NCBI GenBank assembly: GCA_964276515.1
Contig: OZ193909.1
Span: 5,580,001-5,644,000 of the forward strand
DNA length: 64,000 nt
DNA from: Gordius albopunctatus
Taxonomy: Eukaryota
Reading direction: 5' to 3'
Part shown: in pieces, positions 26,480-38,100 of the stretch
How the letters are laid out: each line of letters begins with the position of its first letter
How positions within the stretch are numbered: position 1 is the first letter of the stretch
Notes under the pieces: generated by a model
Told to the model about the DNA's origin: nothing
What the model saw: the letters and a program-made list of their open reading frames with translations, nothing else
Databases searched by the model: none
Translations under genes and position numbers: made by a program

Positions 26480-29400
26480 ATGACTACGACTAAACAAAGA
26501 GTCACATTAATAGTGAATTCTTCTCATTTTCACACCGCAGTCATATTTCTAATATTGCTGAATGCCATTACGGTTTCATTCGAAGCTGATGTTCATTTCA
26601 GAAAGAGTTATGTTAAAACATTCAAAATAACCAACGGAATATTTTATGGGATATATTTGATTGAATTTATACTTAAGGTGTATGTCTTAGGAACTACATA
26701 TTGGTCTAGCGTCTATGATATTTTTGATATGTTAGTGTTAATTGGCTTCGCCACGCAAAATTTTGCTATGTTATTGGTGAGTAACAAGGATGATTCGATG
26801 GAAATTATACAACTGGAACGATTGTATGGGTTTATAAGGGTCCTTAAAACTTTGCGTACCTTAAGGATCATAACTTACATCAAAGAGTTGGAGGTATAAT
26901 CTAAGACGCTCTCTGTTAAGTCAATAACTTAAGAAAACCCTTTGAAAACAATTAAACTTTTATTGAATTTTGCCTTAGATTTTCCAAAAATGTTCTTTAA
27001 AATAGGATTATTAAGTAACCGACATTATGTGGATCTGCATTTATATATTTTTATTGCAATTAATTGGAAACACTTCATAAGTAGAAAGGCCCTCCTCAAG
27101 TAAATGTATTTTTAATAGGTTAATTTTGAAACAACGAGTGTGATAAATTTAGTGGAAAACTTTGGATCATAGATTATAATTAAAACTATATAGGGATGTT
27201 GAAAAAACCTCTGTTTCATATTAGATGTCCATGGGTGTAATTTCTGATAAAACCTTTCAAATATAAGTCTCATTTTATATAATAATCTAGTTGTAAACTG
27301 AAATTCCGTTTGATTTGGTAATAAGTTTATTTTTATTAGTGAAAACCTATTAAAATTCGGATTTTAATTAATGAATATTATTAGATTCATAAATCATTAG
27401 GAATGTGCTACAAGTTTAATTACTTTTTCGCCAAATAATTTTCAATCAAATGAAGTGTTTAATTCCAATATATGCCCACCTAGAAATATGTGATTTAACA
27501 CTAATTTGCGCTTATTCACTCGTAATTAGTTATAACAAATTACATTATAATGAATTTAAGAACATTCAAATTTAATACATTACAGGATTTATTAATTTTA
27601 TAACCTACACGAACCAAACTATAAAACACTAATAAATTTTAGTCTAAACACTAGAATTAAATTAAAAACAAAGTTTTAGAGACTGTCTATGATAAAAATT
27701 TTAACATAACCACTATAATTAAAATAAACTGAAAGTCAGTGCGAAACAAGTGATAATTTGAAATTGAATATTATCTATATTATCCCAGGAGCAATAATTA
27801 TTCTTTGAGCTATACAGGTTTTAGTTTGGTTGAGATAAATCACATAGGATAATGTACTTTCTAAAATAAACTTTCACAAATGCTAAATTACATGTCGATC
27901 AAAATAATCACTCATCAAGTAATTTAAGCATTAATTTTTGCTTTTGTGCGTAATATACCTTAGTTTAAGTATAAATTTTTTTATAATTTGCCCAAAAATT
28001 CTCTATTGTTTTAAAATTTAAATATTTTTTAGTAAACGATGCAAGATTATTTCTGTTCATAAAGCCGATATCAAATGGCAAAAAGGGCCTGTCAAAAAAC
28101 AAAAAATTGTTTTAACATTATATAAAGTATTTTGTTTTGAAACCCTGCATCTTAAACACTCGTATTTTTGTTATCTAAAGATTATTTACGTCTGTTTTAC
28201 GCAGGTGTTAATGAAAGCTTTGCTTGATTCCCTTGCAAAATTTGTGGTTTACATTTTGATTTTCATATTCCTCATTATATTTCTATTCGCACTTTTGGGT
28301 TATTACTTGTTCGGTTATATGGTGAACAAAGAAGGGTACTGGAGAAATTTATGGGAATCCCTTCTTTCAATACTCACTTATGTGACCGTAAGTTTATACT
28401 TATTTTTTAAAAATTTTTGTTGCTTCCAATTAGGGAATATCACTCAACTTAAATTAATTGTTATTGATAAATTACAATGGTCAGCAAATAATGGACTTGT
28501 GAAATTAACCTGCAAACTATTTGCAGATTCTGGTAGAGTTTTTTACTCTGAACACAAATATGTTTTAGTTTTATCCCTATACGTCAAGCTCTGTCAAAGT
28601 CGCCAAAAACGCGATTTTAGCGTTTTTCAAACGTCAATAACTTGCAAATTAATCGGTAAAAATTTTGTTTAATAGATTTAATTCGTAGATATATGTGAGA
28701 GGAATGTATTCACAATTTTTTTATCCTAGCACATTTACTTTTTAAATTATATACAAAATTAATTATCCCTATCTTTTACATTGACAAATTACACCAGACT
28801 TGAGGGCGCCCTCCCTTCTCTTCAACACTAGGAATTAAGTGCGTTTTGTTGTTTTGGTAATAGTAGTAGTAGAGTAGATAAACAACAACACAAACAACAA
28901 CACGCACTTAATTCCTAGTGTTGAAGAGAAGGGAGGGCGCCCTCAAGTCTGGTGTAATTTGTCAATGTAAAAGATAGGGATAATTAATTTTGTATATAAT
29001 TTAAAAAGTAAAAGTGCTAGGATAAAAAAATTGTGAATACATTCCTCTCCCCTATATCTACGTATTAAATCTATTAAACAAAAAATTTTTACCGACTAAT
29101 TTGCAAGTTATTGACGTTTGAAAAACGCTAAAATCGCGTTTTTGGCAACTTTGAAAGCGAATATTTAAAAAACTTGACGTATAACTAAGAACATATTTGG
29201 CAAAGAGTTTGCCGGTTAATTTTTTTTGTTGAACCGTGTTATTATCCGAAATAGTAGGCAAATTTAAATTAAGATTATATCTACATGTCTACAAATTGTA
29301 ATATGGTTTAAATTCAAAATTAACTTTTGTGAATTATTGTATTTCTTGCTATTTTTTTACGTCTGCCTGTAACATAAAAATCTAAGGCACTAATTAAGGA

Positions 29401-30278
29401 GGTTTAAATGGATTTTTTTTAATTTAGACTAAATTTATTTGTAAAAGGCCGAGGGGTGGAAGGATGTCCAAGCCGAATTAGATCTCAAATACATCGGATT
29501 AGGTCGAACCTTTTCTATTATAGCACTAATTGTGGGCAATTTCATATTAATGAACGTTTTTGTCGGAATTATAGTTATGAACATTAGCGATGCACTCAAA
29601 ACCTTTAAAGTAAGGTCATTTATTAGTAATTCTTTATTAAAACACAACGATCACCTAGGACGAAAAAATGGTTATAATGGAAAGGGCTAAAGAGAAGAAA
29701 AAAGAAGTGCTTTTGGCGAAATATCAGAAAGATATAATGCGAATACAAGATACTATGGTATGCTTTTAAAGTGAATAGTATAAACACAATTAAAGACGCA
29801 GTGTATACAATAGTTTATCATCTTTTAATAAAGGAAGTAAAGGATTCTAACTTTCATGCAAATGTAAACGATTATTATCGAACATTATCCCACAACGAAA
29901 CAGTTTTAATGCACGACGTAACTACAAGCCTGATGTGGATGGAGACATTTACTAAAACATTGAACCATCAAGAAAACACCTTGTGGAGGTTAATGACAAA
30001 TAAATTTTGATAATGTTAACTTTATATAAGTAATTAAATTTTTGCGGTCACAAATCTAAACGAGCAAAATAAGTATTTAGCAGCAGCTTATTTACATTCC
30101 AGATATTTAGATATTGAAATCATTCATGATAAATCATTTCTATATATGCCAAATAAATATTTTTATTATATAATAAAGGTCAAATCAATTATTAAATGAA
30201 ATGATCAATGCTTTAATTGATGAGGCAGAAAGAAGACTTGTGATAAAACAAAGCTTTAAAACACTGAAAAACAAATAA
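26480..30278 (+). CDS. CATSPER3: Cation channel sperm-associated protein 3-like (single-repeat 6TM channel), ~370 aa, 6 exons
   Basis: Exons 26480-26893, 28205-28387, 29448-29609, 29659-29757, 29834-29988, 30179-30278 join in frame via GT-AG introns. S4 RVLKTLRTLR; pore TYVT|AEGWKDVQ; S6 GNFILMNVFVGIIVMN. The C-tail RTLSHNETVLMHDVTTSLMWMETFTKTLNHQENT resembles CatSper3 as I recall it. The true start may lie further upstream. Confidence 0.82.
28509..29215. mobile_element. Palindromic non-autonomous element with TTAA TSD (piggyBac-like) in CatSper3 intron 2
   Basis: TTAA|CCTGCAAACT...AGTTTGCCGG|TTAA; near-perfect inverted arms ~28600-28855 and ~28892-29145. Confidence 0.8.
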
Positions 30279-30949
30279 GTTTCAATGTTACCTACTATAA
30301 TCAATAATTATTATTTGTAATAATGTTTAATACATCATAGCACAATCCTATATACTTGAAACGTATATTGCAGTTTTATCAAGTTTGTATATAAATTAAA
30401 ATAAAACCCGACGAAGCAATTAACAAGAAATTTGGCCTCGGGCCATAATCAAATAAAGTAGAAGTAAGCAACGGTCATCATTAATTTTCTGGGAATTATT
30501 TAGCCAGTTTTGCAATCGTCTGTTATAAGACCACAATTTAGACAAGTTGCCAAAAGAAATTAATAAATAATAGTAATCAGTCGGGCCCATAAACAATAAT
30601 GGAATTTTGGATCGGGCGAGGTCAAAATGATCAAAGCCAACCAGCGGTCATTAGCTCGAGTCTACATGCGAAAGCAAAATAAAAGATTTTTAAAAAAGCA
30701 TAATTAACAGTCATTAAAACCCGTATAAGTTTTTATAGCGATTACTAAAAAGCCAAGTTGGACAGGACAATGACAGAACAAGGTCAGGACAACCAAAAAT
30801 GAGCCCATAAACGGCAGAGCAATGAAAAAATATAAATACGATATTCCCTTTGACAAAGTGGTAGGAAGATATGTGGGGCTAGGTTGTAAAGAAGTAGTTT
30901 AGTTCATCACGGAGGGGGGGGGGTACGTCGTAAGGATATGTGAGGCTGA

Positions 30950-32040
30950 AAAGGCTTTACATTCCGATCTGTTTTGCATGATGGGAAGTATTGAATACCA
31001 TTCGTGGTTAAATAAACGGAGTTCCTAAAAAGTTTTATGGATCTAGGTTCCTCGGCATTTAAGGTTTCGTAATTGAGGGGGTCTCCATAATATGGACCTC
31101 AGACAAATGTTTAATCCATTGCATCTAGACTAAGGTGCTAAAAAATTTAATTTCTGCGACATCATTATATATTTGATAGGAGGGATTTTACAAAGGGTCT
31201 GGTGATTGACGTTGCTGATTACATCTGGGTAGAAAATATTACAGACTATCCTATTTTGTTAGATTTTGTTTGGACAGTGTAAAGGGAGTGACCAGGTTTC
31301 ACAACCATAAAGTAGAAAATGTAGAATAATGATTTTGAATAGACGAATGCGGGTTGGTAGGTCCAGCTCATGTGACTTCCATATAGAGTAGCTTGATTAT
31401 AATTTTTTCATAGCTTTATTTAATTTATTATAGACGTCTAGATGGAAGTATGTGTCGGGGAACGAGAGTAACTCCTAAAATAAGAATAGTATCAATCTGA
31501 TAATGTACGCTGCCTGAGAGGATATTGGATTGATTGGGATGATAATTAGTACTCCTTTCTGGGTCTCCATGATGAATTTATCAACGAAGTTCTCCGTTCT
31601 GAATATTGAGTCGGAGATTATGCATAGATTGTCTGCGAATAGAAGTAAACAGATTTTTTGGTCGCCCATTTAGATAGCGTCAAATGGTAGTGTCGATCTC
31701 TTTTTATATAATATCCATGTCAATGTCAGGGAAAGGGATTAATAAAAGAGGTGAGAGTGGCCTTGCCTAACTCCTGAAATGACTTGGATAGGGTTTAAGC
31801 GGTCGTGCAGATTTGTGACGACCACTGTCCTTATAGAGGAAGAAGATAAGCGTGAAAAGGTTTTGGGAGATTCTTTAGGAGGCATAAGGATTTCCATATG
31901 TATAAGTGAGATAGCAAGTCTAAGGCTTTATGAAAGTCAGCAAGACTCAGAATTATAGGTGTTTTTGCTTTAGAAGAGAAGTCGATAATGTTCTTGAGTG
32001 TTAGAATATGTTGAGTTATTGTCTTAAACTTACGAGGCAA
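30950..32040 (-). mobile_element. Degenerate non-LTR retrotransposon reverse transcriptase (RTE-like)
   Basis: Minus-strand motifs DFHKALDLLSH, SGVRQG, PLSP, LLFADNL (decayed FADD) and LLYGCETW in the expected order, with stops and frameshifts. Confidence 0.85.
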
Positions 32041-32131
32041 TAAGGCGAAAGTTCATGAGATCATAAACATTTTAGTAAATCAGCTGACAATTTACACCTT
32101 TTGCCATATACCACAAAATATAAAACGTGCG

Positions 32132-35100
32132 ATGAAAGCTTTAGAAAACGTAATAACCGATAGTATAAGTGAAGGATATGATTATAGTTCCTATGAAAAA
32201 ACTGACAAAATTTTTAATACTAGTAGCAAAAGGTATTATTTATTTTCCCAGGTTTTATTGTAAATGTTAAAGGCATGAGGATTTAAAGAACATGCTGGAT
32301 TCTAACAAAGATAATTTAAAGCTAGAGGCTATGAAACGAATTATTGGGGTGAGAAATGCAATCTACAATGAATTAATTTTAAAAAAAATTTAGATGGTGG
32401 CTAAAGGTAAAAATGCATCTCACTTATTTCCAGCTGTTGTTAAAAATGTGGCATCAAAAAATATTGAAGTAATGACTCTTCAAAAAGCATGTTATATAGT
32501 TTTAAGGTTAAAAAACTTGTTTACGTTTATCTTGTAAGATATGCAGAAGAGCAACAAGATCTTGCCCTATTATCCATAAGTACTTTTCAGAAGGGCCTAA
32601 AGGTAAAATTAATTGAATTCAAGATTTAATAAATATGTAGGATCCCAACCAATTAATAAGGGCTAGTGCATTAAGGGTTCTATCTAGTATAAGAGTATCA
32701 ATGATTGCCCCTATAATGATGTTAGCTATTGAAGAAGCTATGAACGATTTGTCTCCATATGTTAGAAAAACAGCAGCATTAGCTATACCCAAACTCTACA
32801 CGTATATAACAAAATTATTTTTAAAATAAAGATTAATCTATGAACAAAAAAATCATATATTATCTCTCTTAGATTGGACCCTGAGTTAAAGGAGTCCCTT
32901 ATAAAGGTGATTGAAAAGTTAATGGGAGATAAAACAACAGTAAGTTTATAGTATATTTACTTCCCTAAAGATTTTATATTGTTTTTTTGTCTTTATTATT
33001 ACATATTTAATATTTATTTATATTTATAATAGCTTGTCATTGGTAGTGTTATTATGTCTTTTGAAGAAGTTTGTCCAGAGAGGGTTGACTTGCTTCACAA
33101 AAACTATAGGAAACTCTGTGAACTATTAGTAGATGTTGAAGAGTGGGGACAATGTTTTATATTGAACACACTGACTCGTTATGCCAGAAGTCAATTTCTT
33201 GACCCAAATGTGATTAATAATTACACTTTGATTTTTTAACAACTTTAGATATTTTATATTTATAAAACATTATTCTTAAATTTTTGGTATATTATTGCAA
33301 CAAAAGATTATAAATTTTTATTCAGCTTTTTCTAAACTGTTGCCTCAGCATTGAATATTGGCATCAACTATGGTGGCAATCAAATATGCATTTATCACTC
33401 CAGTGCCATCATAACAATCATCTCATTCATTGTTTAACCTTTCTGTTAATTTTAATTGGTTGTAAATCTGGCTAGATATATTATCTTTTAATTATATCTG
33501 TCACATATACTGGACACATACATATATGCAGCAAGTATGTTAAGCAAAAATTTTAAATTAAATATAGTTTGCTTAGGTTTATTATAAAATGCTAAACATT
33601 ATGGGACAACTAAAAAAGTTTAGAAAGTTCATTAAATGTGGTTGCAAAGATCTTTATTTTGTTTATTTTATGGGAAAAATTTTTATTCAGCTATTTTCCC
33701 ACTAATAAAATCCAATTGTTAATTTTTATGTAAACAATAAATCATCTCTAAAATATATTTTTCAACAATTATATTATCTTTGTATTAGGCTGCCTTTGGA
33801 ACAAATTCTAAACCCTCAAAAAATTCTTTGGGGGACTCTGATATTAACTCAGATGACGAATTATTCCCAAAAGTTGGCACCAAAAAAATTTCAAGGAATG
33901 TCATTAACACTTCCAATCAAATAGATCCCGATCTAAAATTATTGCTTAAAAATTCTAAACCACTTCTACAGAGCAGAAATGCTGCGGTATATGGTTTTAA
34001 ATTAAACATTATTGTTTTTATTACAATCAAATTGATTTTTGTGAATCAAGCAAATTATAATATTCAAAAGCTCTTTTAGAATATACTAATAGTATTTGTA
34101 CTTTTTAACGTCAAAATTACACTGACGTATTTATAAAATAAAATGTAATAAACGTATTAGGAAAGTAGTGGATAAATTTTATTATTCAAATCCTTACAGG
34201 TGGTCATGGGTGTGATACAAATGTTCTATCATTGTGCGCCTCTATCCGAACTTCACGTTATAGTTAAACCTCTCATTCGTTTGTTAAATGGTTATAGGTG
34301 AAACATAATTTTTATTATATACACTAATATAATTTATTCAACCTTGCACTATTAAAAATTATATTAAATTTTGTTTAGAGAAGTGCAATCTATCGTGTTG
34401 AGGAACATAGTAACCCTTTGTAATTCAGAACACAAGGTATTCTTTATTGACTTACAAATAAAAATATTAATTTTATTTTGTTAGTTCACAATTCTTAATA
34501 TAAAACATTAATCGTGTTTTACCTTTTAGGATTTGTTCGAATCTCATTTGAAATCATTTTTCATTCGAAGTCACGATCCTACTCACATAAGATTGCTCAA
34601 GGTATTATATGTTTCATATCCATTTGCGAAGCAGACGATACTGAGATTACTTTAAAACCTTTTATATTTAGTTGGAAATATTGACTGCCCTAGCAAACGC
34701 CACGAACATTGCCATTATTTTACGGGAACTACAAGTCATTTTAACACAATTTAAAGTTTTTTTGAATCATATATTATTTTATCGCCAAGTGACAAATAGG
34801 AGCTCTACACAATTGTGTATACATGAATTAATAACGTAGAAAAGAATTTTAAAAAACATTATTTACTAACAGCTGATAATTATTAATAAGTGTGTAGGCC
34901 ACCATATTTGAGGCATATATCTACGAACCAAACGCTATTCATCTTGTTGACTAATTAAATATTAAACTTAGGGCTTGTTTTAATATCGGATTTCGCTGCG
35001 CAGCGAAAATCGTCGTACGGTTTATAACATAGCCGTGTCTTAACCTCGAATTCACAGCAGCAGATTTGCATTTGAGACGCCTAACATAACAGAGATTTTG

Positions 35101-38100
35101 GAAGATGCAAATATTTTCCTAAGTTTAAATGTTGTATAATTTTTAGGTAGCAGTAAAGTTTAGATTTAATCTCAAGAGTTGAAATAAACAAAAAAAGTTT
35201 TTAACTATCAAAAAACGAAATATTAATAATTACAACCAAGTTTGACTCACGTAATTGAATCGGATATTTAGAGAAAGATAAATTCGCGCGATTTGAATCT
35301 GATATTAAGACAAGCCCTTACATATGAAAAGATAATTCTATAATGTTTTGATTATTCTTTTTTACATAACGTTTGCACTTTTTCACTCCACGAGTGCGCA
35401 CATCGGAAAAATCTCACTCACGGCTACTTAAGTTATTTTTAAAATTATAATGCAAAAATCAGCTGTTTGTAGAGCCCTGCAAAATGAAATTTCTTCAGCC
35501 CGGCCCGAAAGACTTTTTTATTTTTGGCCCGACCCGAGTAGGATAAGTTTGAAATAAAAAATCCATTTCCACTTCTTAAAATATATTCAGCCAATAATTT
35601 AGAGCTAAAAATTTAATTTTATAAAATATATTTTTTATAGTTCCAAATAAAAAACTTTTTTAAATATTTACTTATCTTATTTCTAAAGTTGTAACTTCTA
35701 TGAATCTATTTAAATAATAGAATAAGATTTGCATTTCAGGTCAGTTATCTTATAACAGACAAGGGGAAAAAAGTGAAGTTTGAGAGCTATATAATGTACG
35801 CTGTGCCAAGATATTGAATTTATTTAAATCCTATTTTATAAAAAATTAATTTGCTTTTTGGGCAGGCCCGATTATTTTATGAAATTTTGCCCGGGTCGGG
35901 CTTCGGGCGGCCCGTGCAGGGCTCTAGCTGTTTGTCTATGATACCTAATTATCCCTTAACTTTATACGTTTACAGACATACATATCGAGTACAGACAAAG
36001 ACTTTGCGGCAGCCACCATCCAGGCTATAGGTCGATGCGCTAGTTCTATCTCCGAAATTACCGAAGCTTGCACGGCCGGTTTAGTTAATCTCATGCATAG
36101 TCGAAATGGTAATTTTGCTTTCTTTATTTGCGAAATATTATTTGGCACTGTAAAATTTCTTTAAAAACATGATAAAATTTATGGACCACAAGGAATGTAA
36201 CAAAAGTTTCATGAAATGAAGCGCGATATAAAAATACACAAGACAAATAAAGGTCTATGCAAATATAGAGAAAAATGGATATTAATGTTGAAAGGACTGA
36301 CCACCAACCTAGGTGATAAACAGTCATGGAGAGAGAAATTTAATATGATAAAACTTCAAAATTATAAAAGTTAATTTACGTTTTACAATATTATTCCCAA
36401 ATTGTATGAGCTCTTGGTGTCGGCTATAAATTTTTGTTATATACCGATGGTAACACCCAACACTTTTGCACAGCGGAACGGAAGGAATAATAACGTTTTT
36501 TAGCATCGAATAAAATTAATTTTGCGCATAAAAGTTAATATCGATTTTTACTTATCATTAAAAACTCCCGGCTTCGTAAAGTTATGAGAGCTTTATTAAG
36601 ATTTCAACAAATAGATTTTAAGCGGAAAATCAGCTTTTTATTGGTAGCTTCTATATTACACTTTTTGCAGTTTAGGTGGCCTATACTAAGATTTTATCAC
36701 TTTAATAAAATTAGGGTTTTAATAATCTCGCGCCATGTTTATAGTTCCCAAAGATAATTTAGGACTAGCTTACACTCACATTTTGGGATGGGTTTGAATA
36801 CAACTGCTTCCATAAAATTATTACCTAATAGCATAAAAATTCATTTGCTATCACGTAGAAAGGGTTGTGTCGGAGAGCGTTATCGTCATCAAGAACCTGC
36901 TTCAAATGGGGGTAAGTTGTGATCTTATCTCGAAAGGATCGAGTTCTTGATTTACGCCAGGCGCTTACCTTTTATTTGGCATTGGGAGGCGTTATAAATG
37001 GATGGGCATTTTAAGCCCCTTTTCTCCGATTTTTTATATAATTTTTTACATCTTTCAATTGATTATGCAGTTTTTATAAGCTTTCTTAGATAGTCTTAAC
37101 TTTTAATCCTATATGACATCCTTTTTGTGGACTCGCTCAGCATGGAATTCTAGAGTTTGCTTTTCTCTTTATTTTTATGTTATTCCCTTGAGAACGGCAG
37201 AGTCTGGGATAGCGCAATTAGTTCATTAACTTTTTCAGGGTTGGAAGCCTTTCAATTTTATTCAGAATCCTGGGTAAAATTTGTTATTGTTTATTGCACA
37301 AATTTATCCTAAAATTGTTGTCAATTATTTTGGTTATTGATTAAGCATGGTTCTTATTTAAAATCACAACTGGAATTTAATTTAACTAATTTGGGCGCAA
37401 TTGCTCTGTTAAAACTGCTAGATATCAGTGCCAGAATTTAATCAATACAGCAGCTAGTCATGTTTATGAAATATAATTTTTTATCCCTAATGTAGCAGCT
37501 TAACATTTTTTTGAATGAAATAAGAAAATAATCCAATGTCGTAGCGATTGCAGCAAACATTTTATTTGATAAACTCTATAAAATCAATTCGATATAGCCA
37601 ATATTTCAATTCAATTGTGATAGAATAACGAATAAAATTGTAATACATTTTTTAAAGAAGGAAATAAGTATTTTTTGCTCTTATTTAATGTAATTGTAAT
37701 TTCTTTCTTTTTGCTAACGCCTCAAGACCAAAGACAACACAAACATTCTAATCCGTATGGCCACGGTGCTAGAAGCTAACCTAGTTATAAACACTAAAGC
37801 CCGGGCTAGTATTTTGTGGTTGTTGGGAGAGTATTGTGGTCGGGTACCGGACCACGCGCCCGACGTACTGAGAAAAATGGCTAAATCCTTCACCGCCGAG
37901 GTTCGATTCCCCGCGGCTACACTTTTTTAATATTTTTTTTCACCATTATGAATATGAAATGACGTTTACGATGATGAATATAAATTTAATTTGTGCTTAA
38001 TTTTTAAATACTTTGAAGTTGAAATGAATTAAAGGGAGTTTCGTGTATTTTGTATTTGTTTTAACAAAAAAAAGACAAAAATTCATAAATCTGTATGCTT

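Noticed and set aside
28388..28672. ORF continuation sharing QKRDFSVFQTSITCKL with 29058-29261
   Set aside because: Read-through past the GTAAGT donor into the palindromic element; the match is just the two arms.
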